Source of the DNA: an uncultured Alphaproteobacteria bacterium
GTDB taxonomy: Bacteria > Pseudomonadota > Alphaproteobacteria > Rs-D84 > CACZYB01
Length of the DNA stretch: 32,000 bases
Direction of reading: 5' to 3'
Assembly (NCBI GenBank): GCA_934246625.1
Contig: CAKQHZ010000001.1
Span: forward strand, 240,001 to 272,000
The notes below the pieces were generated by a model. It did not search any database and was not told where the DNA came from. It worked only from the letters and a program-made list of their open reading frames with translations. This document shows positions 17,054-26,843 of the stretch, piece after piece. A program made the position numbers and the translations under genes. Every line of letters starts with the position of its first letter. Position 1 is the first letter of the stretch.

Positions 17054-17204
17054 ATTCTCTATCCTTTCTGTAATTTATTATAATTCTGTATGTTTTTTAA
17101 TATTCTATTTACATTTTGTTTATTTACAATATTTTATTTCCTTCAAAACATACCACATTCAACCTATTTAGCACCGTTCAGCCACCTTTGTAACCGTTTG
17201 CAAG

Positions 17205-17246
17205 CACTTTGAGACTACTTACAACTGGTAAGTAAAGTGTTTTTTT
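17205..17246 (+). terminator. Orphan rho-independent terminator on the + strand
   Basis: CACTT-tgagac-TACTTAC-aactg-GTAAGTA-AAGTG (17205-17239) is followed by T7 (17240-17246). No + strand CDS lies upstream of it. Confidence 0.5.
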
Positions 17247-17423
17247 ATTAAGTATAACATATTGAAAAGATGGAGTAAAACTTGAAGTTGTTTTTTTGAC
17301 TCGAAAGTAGCTTGCCCTAATTCTGCAACCATTTAGAATTTTTTTGAACCAAATACCAACCTGTTTGATAGTTTTTATACCATTAGTTAAAGTTCTATAC
17401 TAATAAAATCTTTACATCCTATA

Positions 17424-17452
17424 TTGAAATTTAAGGACATATTTCTTATATA
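17424..17452 (+). promoter_or_regulatory. Candidate promoter TTGAAA-N17-TATATA for the 488-aa/417-aa operon
   Basis: ttgaaa is at 17424-17429 and tatata at 17447-17452. An AAGGA Shine-Dalgarno sits about 8 nt before the ATG at 17486. Confidence 0.4.
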
Positions 17453-17485
17453 ATAATATATAATTGAATTAAGAAAAGGATTAAA

Positions 17486-18952
17486 ATGTTTTATGCAAAT
17501 TGGATATTTTTCTTAGGTGATAAAGAAAATAAATATAAAATTTTTGTATATGGACTTTCTTTACCAACAAATAAAAAAGAAAAATATGTTTCTAAATTAC
17601 AAAAACTTTGTAAAATTGATAATTATAATTTATATATGTTATGTGCAATTACAGAGATAAATAATATTATACAAGATAATACTATAAATTTATCAATTAT
17701 TTCTGATGAATTACCTCAAATAAAATATTTATGTTCAAAAAAATTTATTCAACCTGCTGACCCAGGAGAGGCATTGTCATATATTAAAAGTCCTATAAAT
17801 AGTTTAACAAATATTACTAGCTACTATACTAAAGAAATTTTAACAAAAGAGTTTTTAAACGAAGATTTAATTATTCTCTTGAAGCAATTAAATGATATAT
17901 TAAATCAAAGGTTTTATGGAGAATATTCAAAAAGATTAGGTTGCTTTGAAATAGGAGAAATACAAACTTGGGCAGAAGATATTATTCCATTTTATTTTAA
18001 ATTTGATAAAAATAATAATGACTATATTTTTCATAAAAGAAATGATTTTAAAGAAGATCTTTATATTGTTTTAAAATGTTATTTATCAGATAATGAGAAA
18101 ATATATGAAAATATAAAATTTGTTTCTAAAACAGATAATGATATTCAATTCAATGGAATTAAAGAGCATTGGATATATGAAGCTTCTATATATAATAATA
18201 CAGGAAATTTAATACATGAGGAAAAATATTTCTATACAAAACGTATTTGGTTAAATATATGTCCTAAACCTTCAAATAAAATAAAAATAGAAGATGTATA
18301 TTCTGAAAAAGATGCTAATTTAAGGACTGTAGATTCTGCTATATTTACTACTCAATCTATAGTAAATAATCCGTATATTGATATTAAATATGATGAAATA
18401 GAAAAATTACATAAAAATATAGAACAGAGAATAAACAATTATAAAATCTCTGAAAAAGAAGGAGCATTCTTTTCAGAAAAGGATAAATTAAATTCTATAA
18501 TAAATTATCTTAATTCTATTAACTTAAAAAATGATAAAATTATCATTATTGATCCTTATATTGATATAGATTCTTTATCATTAGGGTTGAGATTACATTC
18601 AAGCGAATTATTGGTGATTTCTTCAAAAAATCCGCCACATATGCCAAAATCCAGTATCAAGCAAAATATACAAAATATACTTAAAGTGAAAAAAGAAAAT
18701 AATATAAACAGTATTAAAGTTCATTTTATTGAAAAACGATTTCATGATAGATTTATTATATTTTTTAATAATCATGAAAAAGATATTTATAGTATATCAA
18801 ATAGTGTTAACTCCTTAAAAACAAATCCTAATATATTAATTACAAAATTAAATGGAAAAGTTAGATTTGATGTAGAAAAATATCTTGATACATTAATAGA
18901 ATTATGTAAACCAGAAAATACAGTTGAAGAAATTTTAAAAAATGATAAATAA
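17486..18952 (+). CDS. Unknown 488-aa protein; C-terminal DPYI...HDRF region reminiscent of MIT_C-type PLD-like domains
   Basis: Track ORF. The C-terminal segment is KIIIIDPYIDIDSLSLGLRLHSSELLVISSK...VHFIEKRFHDRFIIFFNNHEKDIYSISNSVNSL. I recognise no motif in the N-terminal part of about 330 aa. Confidence 0.55.
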   Translation: MFYANWIFFLGDKENKYKIFVYGLSLPTNKKEKYVSKLQKLCKIDNYNLYMLCAITEINNIIQDNTINLSIISDELPQIKYLCSKKFIQPADPGEALSYIKSPINSLTNITSYYTKEILTKEFLNEDLIILLKQLNDILNQRFYGEYSKRLGCFEIGEIQTWAEDIIPFYFKFDKNNNDYIFHKRNDFKEDLYIVLKCYLSDNEKIYENIKFVSKTDNDIQFNGIKEHWIYEASIYNNTGNLIHEEKYFYTKRIWLNICPKPSNKIKIEDVYSEKDANLRTVDSAIFTTQSIVNNPYIDIKYDEIEKLHKNIEQRINNYKISEKEGAFFSEKDKLNSIINYLNSINLKNDKIIIIDPYIDIDSLSLGLRLHSSELLVISSKNPPHMPKSSIKQNIQNILKVKKENNINSIKVHFIEKRFHDRFIIFFNNHEKDIYSISNSVNSLKTNPNILITKLNGKVRFDVEKYLDTLIELCKPENTVEEILKNDK

Positions 18953-20195
18953 AAAGTTTTGTTTTAAGAAATTAACTGATACTAAACCAGAAGTTGTATT
19001 GACTAATTTAATAAAAAAATTTAACTCTAGGAGAAATATTAAACTTATAAAATATGTTGAAGCATTATCATTATTATCTCATATAAGAAATGAAAAAATT
19101 TTTAAGTATCAATTAATAAAAATATTGAAAACAAAATTACTTAATAATATTTATAATAAATTAGAGGATTTACCTAGTACTTTTGATGAGATTAATATAG
19201 ATATATCAGAAATTGATAGTTTAATTAACTCAGAATTATCATATAAATTAATAGACAATATTGCAAAAACTGAAATTAATATAAATAAAAATTATAAATA
19301 TTATGGAATCCGTAACTTATTTCAATATTTATTGGAAATAGATTTACAAAATTTTGAAAAATTTATATCAGAAACAAATAGAGATGATTTTAAAATAATA
19401 TTTGTAAGTATTCTTTTATCTATATTTCCAATATTAGAAGATATATATAAAAATTGGGATAAAGCTACCTTAGGTATTTTACAGGCATATTATGCAAATA
19501 TATACTACAATAATAATCCTCACTATTGGCAATTTAATTTAAATAAAAATAAAGAGATTAATACAATATTAAAAACAAACTTACCTAATAAAAGTAAATT
19601 TATAATATATTTGAAGTATATTATTCAGAAATATCACGGTAAAAAATTCACTAATTTATTAAAAGATAGTGAAATTGACAATTTAGTAAATAACCTATTA
19701 TCTATAGATTATAACTTCACTTGTGAAGAACTATTTGCTCAATCTCCAGTTTTTTATTCTTCAATATATTTGATAATTATAGATAATGTTTCTGATAAAA
19801 AGAAACAATACGAATTTGCTTCTTTCTTATATGAAAAACTCATAAATTGTATTGAAAAAAATAATTCAGAATATTATGTTCAATACATAGAATATGCAAA
19901 TATATTGGGTGATTTAACTATAATTATGAATAATTTTGATAAACTAGATAAATTATTTAATCAAAATTATAAACAATTATTATTTCCATATAGTTTTTGT
20001 AAAAGACAAGATTGGAATGAAAAGATATTATTATTACTTTATATACTAATATCAATAAAAATAGTATATGATGGAAATGATATTTCCAACTACTTACATA
20101 AATTTAAAGAAGTAAAGGGCAAGCACTTGACAATGCTAGAAAAAATAAATCCTGATATCTATAATCAGATAATCAAACAATTAGACAATAATTAA
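18942..20195 (+). CDS. Unknown 417-aa, apparently all-helical protein, overlapping the upstream ORF by 11 nt
   Basis: Track ORF with no recognisable catalytic motif. The overlap with 17486-18952 suggests translational coupling. Confidence 0.5.
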   Translation: MINKKFCFKKLTDTKPEVVLTNLIKKFNSRRNIKLIKYVEALSLLSHIRNEKIFKYQLIKILKTKLLNNIYNKLEDLPSTFDEINIDISEIDSLINSELSYKLIDNIAKTEININKNYKYYGIRNLFQYLLEIDLQNFEKFISETNRDDFKIIFVSILLSIFPILEDIYKNWDKATLGILQAYYANIYYNNNPHYWQFNLNKNKEINTILKTNLPNKSKFIIYLKYIIQKYHGKKFTNLLKDSEIDNLVNNLLSIDYNFTCEELFAQSPVFYSSIYLIIIDNVSDKKKQYEFASFLYEKLINCIEKNNSEYYVQYIEYANILGDLTIIMNNFDKLDKLFNQNYKQLLFPYSFCKRQDWNEKILLLLYILISIKIVYDGNDISNYLHKFKEVKGKHLTMLEKINPDIYNQIIKQLDNN

Positions 20196-20277
20196 AAGAA
20201 ATAAGCTCTTATAATGGAACATACAAAATATAAATATTAAAATCAATGTTAATATATATTTAGATAATTATGTATTA

Positions 20278-22086
20278 TTATGATTCTTTAATCTTATTCA
20301 ACCAAAATAAATACCATTTATCCTGAATATGTTCTTTAATTTTATTCTCAATACTAAGAGTATTCAATTTGTTATTTTCTAAACAAAAATTATATAGAAT
20401 TAAAAATTTAGATAAAGGATAACCCTTTTTATGTTTATTTTTAGGAAATAAATATTCTTTTAAATAATGTATATTTTTACATGATCTAATTTCATCCATA
20501 TTATAAATTACAGAAGATGCATCATTATAGTCACGTTGTAAAATGAAACTACGTAAATCATTGTATTCATCTTTTAAGTCTGGTAATAAACGAAAAAGAA
20601 TAGATGAAACTTGTCTAGTTAAAAATGAATTTTTGATCCAAAGATTTCGATATTTATTTATATGTTCATAGATAGATTTTGGTGTTTCATATTTAGCAGC
20701 AAACCATAAGTAACTATAAAAATTAAATTCTTTATCCTTAATAGTTAATGATTTTAAATATTTAGATATATAATTTATATTTTCAATATCCACTCTTGAA
20801 TATCCAATATTCCAATCTATAATTAAAGCAACCAATAAAAATAACGTTATATCATCATATCTTGTAATATTTATCAATGATTGAAAAATTTTATATGTTT
20901 TTTTAGTATATCCTAATTTATATAAATATTGACATACATTAGTTCTCAGATCTGAATATTCTTCAAAAATTCTTGGTAAATATTTTAAGATTTTAGTAAA
21001 ATTGTTATTTCCAGCAATAGTCAAAAATCTTTTTAAAACCTTATCAAAATTTTTATATTGTTTATTCTTGTTCCAATGTCTTCTAAAATATTTCATAAAC
21101 TCTTTTTCTTTTGGGGGATTTTTGTCAAATATATTTAATTGAATATTTTCGTCAAATAAAAAATGTCTTTTTGCCTCAGAAGCATCAAGAATCTTTGTTT
21201 TTGACATATTAAGAGACAATCCTCTACTTTTTAAAACATCAGATATATTGCTTAAAATTGACTTAGCCTCCCTTATATCATCAATACCAATAACAATATC
21301 ATCCATCCATCTTACAAAATTTTCATTTATTTGATATTTTAATAAGTAATCAATTTCAAAAAGAAAAGAATGTGCTAATAGTCTAATTGCTTCTAAATTA
21401 ATTGTAGGCATTCCAATTGATTGATTGGGTAAATAATCTGGTTTCCATGATAAATCTTCAATTATATTAAAAATTAAATCTAATAAAACTTCGTCACATT
21501 TGATATACCCAGAAACTACACTTCTTAACTCATTTAACCGTATACTATCAAAATAATTTGATAAATCTGTTATAATAATATATTTTTTTGTTTTTGTAAA
21601 TTGAAGAATTTCATTTTGATATATTTTCCATTGTTCAAACCAATCATTATAATCCGTATTTATTTCATGAGGAAGTTTAATAGAAGAACTTTTATCTCTA
21701 GAATAATAAGCATGATTTGAAGGTGCCTGTTTTTCTAAATCATTACAAAAAGGTTCTATAAGAGCTTGTAAAATAAGAGTGTCACTAGGAGATAAAATAA
21801 TCATATGGCGACAAATGCCAAATTTTTTCTCTAATGTATATATAATTGGTATTTGCGATTTATATTGACCAGAAATAATTTGTTCATTAATTTTACTTGT
21901 ATTATAATCTATTCTTCTATGAAAATCATAAAAATCATGTAAATCAAGAATACTCATACTCCTTACTTGACTCTTAACTTTATGTTTCCATAATGTTTTT
22001 AAAGTATCCTTTTTAAATGGATTTTCTAACTGTTTTTGCCTTTTTTTAAATCTTAACGTTATAGGTTTAGACATTTTAAAACTCAT
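20278..22086 (-). CDS. Reverse transcriptase of the UG/Abi (defence-associated) type with a long helical C-terminal extension
   Basis: Track ORF of 602 aa. RT motifs: ILSPSDTLILQALIEPF (2), YIIITDLSNYFDSI (A), FVRWMDDIVIG (C) and LSLNMSKTKI (D/E). About 270 aa of helical C-terminus follow, including EIRSCKNIH (R-x5-H). Confidence 0.8.
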   Translation of the reverse strand: MSFKMSKPITLRFKKRQKQLENPFKKDTLKTLWKHKVKSQVRSMSILDLHDFYDFHRRIDYNTSKINEQIISGQYKSQIPIIYTLEKKFGICRHMIILSPSDTLILQALIEPFCNDLEKQAPSNHAYYSRDKSSSIKLPHEINTDYNDWFEQWKIYQNEILQFTKTKKYIIITDLSNYFDSIRLNELRSVVSGYIKCDEVLLDLIFNIIEDLSWKPDYLPNQSIGMPTINLEAIRLLAHSFLFEIDYLLKYQINENFVRWMDDIVIGIDDIREAKSILSNISDVLKSRGLSLNMSKTKILDASEAKRHFLFDENIQLNIFDKNPPKEKEFMKYFRRHWNKNKQYKNFDKVLKRFLTIAGNNNFTKILKYLPRIFEEYSDLRTNVCQYLYKLGYTKKTYKIFQSLINITRYDDITLFLLVALIIDWNIGYSRVDIENINYISKYLKSLTIKDKEFNFYSYLWFAAKYETPKSIYEHINKYRNLWIKNSFLTRQVSSILFRLLPDLKDEYNDLRSFILQRDYNDASSVIYNMDEIRSCKNIHYLKEYLFPKNKHKKGYPLSKFLILYNFCLENNKLNTLSIENKIKEHIQDKWYLFWLNKIKES

Positions 22087-22156
22087 TAAATATTATTTTG
22101 CAAAAATATATTATCTTTATAAGTCTTTTTCAATAAAAAATATGAATTATTATCTT

Positions 22157-25100
22157 TTATCCAAACAATCTATCCAGTTCTTCTTCTAAAATACCTTCCT
22201 TAACAAGAGGAAGTGTATCAACTTGTTTCAAATTATGTTTTTGAATGAAATTTTCATTATCGAAACCAAGGATATATGATATAGCAATACGATAAATTAT
22301 TTCTGTCGGTGCTAATCCATAAACTTGCTTTTCAAAAATATGCTTTAATCTATCTTTTGAATCAGGATAAATCTTTATCAATTTAGGATTATTATATAAT
22401 CGTTTTACAATTTCAGTGATATATAATCCTGATTTCATATATAAATCAATAAATGTTTTATCTGGATCTGTAAAGCAATCTGGACATTCTTTTTCTAAAT
22501 TATCTACCATTTCTTTTACTACTTTTTTAGGCGTAAAGATTTGGTTTGTTTTTTGTGGTGGAATATAATCAAAAATATCCTCAGTGTTATTTTCATCAAA
22601 ATAATTGGAAAGTTTAGTTTTCAAATTTAAGAATTCCTTAATGGAATCATTGAAAACAATAGGATCAAATAGATGTCCATCAAAATGCTCCATTTTTCCT
22701 GTTTTTTCATCTTTATAATCTCCACCATCACGTAAAAACTTAAATTCAGCAAGAGAAATACTTGTAACTTCTTTAAATACTTCATCTGGTATAATTGTAT
22801 CAAAGTTTTCTAATGTTGTGTTTTCATTACCATAAGCCATTAAAAATGAAGGTATTGTTCTTGAAAAACCTCTTAAATAGTCTCGAACTGAATCTTCTAT
22901 GGCTGTTTTTTCTTTTTGCCTTTTATCTGTTTCTACTCTTTCAATAATTGTATTTCCTGTATTTTGAATAAGTTCAGGAAGTTTATTCTTCAATTCTGAA
23001 ATAAATGTTGTTTTGTTTTCAGCAACTTTCAAATCATATAGTTCATTAATTTTATCTTTTTCAAAATCAGATGCTGTTTTTAATTCTTTTTTTCGTTCTA
23101 ATTCTGTCTGATTTTGTAAGATTTTATAATTACCATATTCTTTATCAAAAACCTGATTTGTTGTATTTAATATTGTTTGAGTAATTTTCTTTAAAGAGCT
23201 GGTTGTTACAGCATTTTTGTAGTTTGTTTTTACTGTATCAACAAAAGTTTCTTCAACTTTAGCTTTAAATGTATCTTTTAATTCTTTTAATTTCTCATCA
23301 TCTTGTTCAGGTTGGTTATTTTGCAATTCATTTACAGTTTCAACTAAATCTTTATTAATACTTTCATAAATCTTATCTCCAAATATTTCATTCGCTTGAC
23401 CAATAATAAAGTTTTGTGAAAGTTCTACTTCTCCATCTTCATTTAAAGATAAATCATCTTTTGTATTTTGATTAATTGGTAAAGGTTCTTTTGTCTTTTC
23501 AAATTTTTTTATAATATCAACAACTTCTTGTGGTGCATTGAATATGTTTCCAATATTCTGGAATAAGAAATTACTCATAAAACCACGTTGAACGACTTCT
23601 TGTGCATGGATTTTACGAGGAATAGATAATACCTGTTCAGCCTTAAGAAGTATCATTTCACCATCCTCATCTTCACCATAAACAGGGAAAAAGTTTAAAA
23701 GTTCTCTAACATTTTGTTTCCTTGTATCACTATCACCTTGTCCACTTGTTGTATTTATACTTAAATCGTTAGCAAATTTTTCAACAATTTCCAAAGTTCT
23801 TGCTGGATCAAAATCAAATACATAAGCATTTTCTTTTCTAAAGAATTGTCTATCTTTATGGAATATACAAGGATTTTGCGACCTGAAAGCTGTTTGCATA
23901 TATAATGCTGGACTTTTAACATTACCAAGCATTAAAACTGCTGTCCATTCAGGAATTGTAATTCCAGTAGTTAATTGTCCTACAGATAGAGTAATTGTCT
24001 TTTCATAATTCTTTATGCCATTAACAACTTTATTAAATGCATTTTCACGTTCTTCGTCTTCATTAAGTTTACCATCCCCAGCGGCAACAATAATTTCATA
24101 ATTTTTAAATATAGGGTGATTTTTTAATTTTTTTGCCAAAGCTTTAACACTACCAACTCTATCTAAAAACCAGAATGTATGATTAAGTTCATCTCTTAAT
24201 TCTTGAGTTGAAAATGGAAATTTAGTTTTTATAGTTAATGCATCCAAAAATTTATCAACGGCTTCATCATACTTAAAACTTCCATTTTCATTTGTTGAAA
24301 AGAATTCATTCAAATCAAAAGCATATTCTCTAATATCATCATCAGATAAATTGCATCCCTGTTTTACCTTGTCTTCAATAATATCTGACATCTTATATGT
24401 ATAAAGATTTAATTGAGGTAAGTTTTGATAAGGATTTTCTTCTTCGTTTGATGTATCCCAATTTTTTTTTGCATTTTGTTCATCAGCATAAGTCCAATTA
24501 AATATAGCTTTCTCTTCAAATTTATTATTTGCTAAAGCTTTAAATGGCGTTCCAGATAAATGAAGTGTAAATTTTCTTTTTATTTGATCAAAGGCAATGT
24601 CAGTATGATATGTATCAACACCTTCATGTGCTTCATCAATTACTAATAAATCCCAGTCTAAATCTTTAATCTCTTTAAGTTTATCATATTTTCCACCAAA
24701 GTAGATTGACCCTTTTAAATCTTGTAATGATACAAATTCAATACATCCTTTATGATTTCCATCGTTAAGTTTATTTAAGTATTCTTCTCTTGATAGAACA
24801 TATTCTTTACTTTTCAAAGTACTAACTTGACTAACAAAATAATATCCTGAATTGGTACCTAAAAACCTTTCATAATCAGCATACCAAGAATTAGCAATAG
24901 CTGGTCTATTCGTTACAATTAAAACTTTTTTTGCATTTATCTGTTTGCATAAGTCATAAGTTGATAATGTTTTACCAAATCTAGGTTTTGCATTCCATAA
25001 AAATTCTGGTTCATCATCTTTATGACTTTCAAAATATTCTTTTGTTTGAGAAACAGCATTAAATTGCTCATTTCTAAGTTTGTATTCTATTACAGGTTTT

Positions 25101-25456
25101 GTTTCTAAAATTCCTCTGTTTTCTTTAAATTCATAAAATTTTTCTTTTGAATCTTTTGGGGATATTTTAAACCATTCTGTATCCGGTTTTCTTTCAATAT
25201 TGTTTTTCTTAAGGTAAGCGTGAAAATCTGTATCATGGAAAACCTCGCCAGAACCATCCTCATATATAGCATTAGATTTCCATTCCAATACAAATTTTAC
25301 ATCTGCAGTTTGAGTTTGCTGTTTTATACGAGTTTCGACATCTTGTTCTGTAAAACCAATCTTTGTCCATCCATCATGTTCTTTAATCTCAGGAGTTGTA
25401 TATGCATAACACATAGGGACAATTTTCTTTAATGTTTTAATATTTAGTTTTACCAT
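22157..25456 (-). CDS. GIY-YIG/T5orf172-like nuclease domain + SF2 (Res-like) helicase + C-terminal methyltransferase-N-half-like region
   Basis: The track ORF runs to 25492. I prefer the ATG at 25454-25456 (MVKLNIK...), which has GGAG about 9-12 nt upstream and abuts the upstream stop. N-terminus: WTKIGFTEQDVETRIKQ...HAYLKK...TEWFKIS. Helicase: KPRFGKTLST (I), LLVIDEAHEG (II), LSGTPF (III) and LYMQTAFRSQNP (VI-like). C-terminus: NQIFTPKKVVKEMVDNL...KTFIDLYMKSGLYITEIV...KQVYGLAPTEIIYRIA. Confidence 0.75.
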   Translation of the reverse strand: MVKLNIKTLKKIVPMCYAYTTPEIKEHDGWTKIGFTEQDVETRIKQQTQTADVKFVLEWKSNAIYEDGSGEVFHDTDFHAYLKKNNIERKPDTEWFKISPKDSKEKFYEFKENRGILETKPVIEYKLRNEQFNAVSQTKEYFESHKDDEPEFLWNAKPRFGKTLSTYDLCKQINAKKVLIVTNRPAIANSWYADYERFLGTNSGYYFVSQVSTLKSKEYVLSREEYLNKLNDGNHKGCIEFVSLQDLKGSIYFGGKYDKLKEIKDLDWDLLVIDEAHEGVDTYHTDIAFDQIKRKFTLHLSGTPFKALANNKFEEKAIFNWTYADEQNAKKNWDTSNEEENPYQNLPQLNLYTYKMSDIIEDKVKQGCNLSDDDIREYAFDLNEFFSTNENGSFKYDEAVDKFLDALTIKTKFPFSTQELRDELNHTFWFLDRVGSVKALAKKLKNHPIFKNYEIIVAAGDGKLNEDEERENAFNKVVNGIKNYEKTITLSVGQLTTGITIPEWTAVLMLGNVKSPALYMQTAFRSQNPCIFHKDRQFFRKENAYVFDFDPARTLEIVEKFANDLSINTTSGQGDSDTRKQNVRELLNFFPVYGEDEDGEMILLKAEQVLSIPRKIHAQEVVQRGFMSNFLFQNIGNIFNAPQEVVDIIKKFEKTKEPLPINQNTKDDLSLNEDGEVELSQNFIIGQANEIFGDKIYESINKDLVETVNELQNNQPEQDDEKLKELKDTFKAKVEETFVDTVKTNYKNAVTTSSLKKITQTILNTTNQVFDKEYGNYKILQNQTELERKKELKTASDFEKDKINELYDLKVAENKTTFISELKNKLPELIQNTGNTIIERVETDKRQKEKTAIEDSVRDYLRGFSRTIPSFLMAYGNENTTLENFDTIIPDEVFKEVTSISLAEFKFLRDGGDYKDEKTGKMEHFDGHLFDPIVFNDSIKEFLNLKTKLSNYFDENNTEDIFDYIPPQKTNQIFTPKKVVKEMVDNLEKECPDCFTDPDKTFIDLYMKSGLYITEIVKRLYNNPKLIKIYPDSKDRLKHIFEKQVYGLAPTEIIYRIAISYILGFDNENFIQKHNLKQVDTLPLVKEGILEEELDRLFG

Positions 25457-25457
25457 A

Positions 25458-25838
25458 TTACACCATCTCCTTTTTATCCAATTGAATTCCATTTACTTTT
25501 GTTTTTAATTGTTCAATTAGTTTATATTTATGTTTTTTGATATAATATTTACGTAAAAATAAAGAAATAATTTCTATAAATAATCCAATAAAATAAATAT
25601 ACACGTTATCTATATATAAAGTTTCAAAAATATTAGAAATGGTAAAAGATAAGATACCAACACATTTTAAATATCTTTCTTTTAAATATTCTTCTATCAA
25701 ATTTGTATTACAATCTAAATATGTTGAACTTTTTGCTAAAATATGCTCATCTGAATCTAAATTACATATTATTAATATAATACCAAATATTTGCAAAATA
25801 AGTTTTAATACAGTAGATAAACTTAAATAAATAAACAT
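25458..25838 (-). CDS. Small multi-pass membrane protein inside the methylase/helicase gene train
   Basis: Track ORF of 126 aa. The hydrophobic segments are LSTVLKLILQIFGIILIICNL, CVGILSFTISNIF and VYIYFIGLFIEIISLFL. GGAG lies upstream of the ATG. Confidence 0.5.
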   Translation of the reverse strand: MFIYLSLSTVLKLILQIFGIILIICNLDSDEHILAKSSTYLDCNTNLIEEYLKERYLKCVGILSFTISNIFETLYIDNVYIYFIGLFIEIISLFLRKYYIKKHKYKLIEQLKTKVNGIQLDKKEMV

Positions 25839-25853
25839 TTTTACTCATCTCCT

Positions 25854-26843
25854 TTAGACAGTTTTTTGTTCAATATACTTTATTTCTTCTAATGTAAGAT
25901 TATATTTTTCATATAAATCTTTGTTGTTCCATTTCTTTGAAAAATCTTGGATAGGTACAAATTTATAAACATTTCTTGCTGCATTTTGTGATTTTTTTAT
26001 TTGAGATATTAAGTATTTATATAGATTAGTATTCATATATGAAATAACATTTTCACATATTTCTTTACTATCAAATGGTCCCACAACTAAATATGTTTCA
26101 TTACAAGCTGTTCCTGGTGCTCCATAGAATGGTAATCCATTAAATTTTGCAGAAATTTCTCCTGCTTTTGATACATAAACTTTATGCTGATCAATCCATT
26201 CTTTTTTAGAAATAATTTTATTTCTATCTATATATGCAAACTTTTCATCTGAACGATCTCGAGAAAATCTATAAATTTTAATGGAATTTTTTTCTTTTTT
26301 ATTTGAAAAATAATTTTTATAATTTCCAACTTTTCCATTAGCAAAAGGAGAATATGTTGAAACTAAATCCATAAATGATGCAAAATCTTTAGAATATATT
26401 CCAACTTTAGTTACTATTTCATCAGCTTTTGGATCTCTTATAAAAAATTCTGTTCCATGTTCAGCCATGTTCCTAATATCTGTTTTCACTATATCGCCAT
26501 CTATATAGGTATATTTTGTATGTGCTGTAACATTTTTATCATATATAAAGTATGATACACCACCAGCTAAGGAAATATTTGTTTGAAAAACCTTATTTGC
26601 ATCAGTATAATCAACCATAGATGAAATATGATTATTTTTTAACATAAATTTTCTAAATTCATCTAAACCAGTTCCACCTGTCATCCATAAACTTGGTGTA
26701 ATCATAGAAACATAATTAGCTTTTAAATTAATTGCACTTTGTACAAAATGATGATAAACAGGATTTGCTTGAGAAATAGATCCTGAATTATTTGCAACTA
26801 ATTCCTGATAAGGTGGGTTTCCAATTATAACATCAAACTTCAT
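25854..26843 (-). CDS. N6-adenine DNA methyltransferase, C-terminal half (motif IV NPPY plus putative target-recognition domain)
   Basis: Track ORF of 329 aa that begins MKFDVIIGNPPYQ, so it lacks the AdoMet-binding motifs X and I. AAAGGAG lies 7 nt upstream of the ATG. It overlaps the upstream ORF in ATGA. Confidence 0.8.
   Translation of the reverse strand: MKFDVIIGNPPYQELVANNSGSISQANPVYHHFVQSAINLKANYVSMITPSLWMTGGTGLDEFRKFMLKNNHISSMVDYTDANKVFQTNISLAGGVSYFIYDKNVTAHTKYTYIDGDIVKTDIRNMAEHGTEFFIRDPKADEIVTKVGIYSKDFASFMDLVSTYSPFANGKVGNYKNYFSNKKEKNSIKIYRFSRDRSDEKFAYIDRNKIISKKEWIDQHKVYVSKAGEISAKFNGLPFYGAPGTACNETYLVVGPFDSKEICENVISYMNTNLYKYLISQIKKSQNAARNVYKFVPIQDFSKKWNNKDLYEKYNLTLEEIKYIEQKTV

Noticed and set aside
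20278-22086. RT as a retron or group II intron RT
   Set aside because: At 602 aa with a long helical C-terminal domain it is too large for a retron RT. No msr/msd-like inverted-repeat ncRNA is visible in the short flanks. No intron RNA domains, maturase X or endonuclease motifs are seen, and no interrupted host gene. A UG/Abi-type RT is the better fit.
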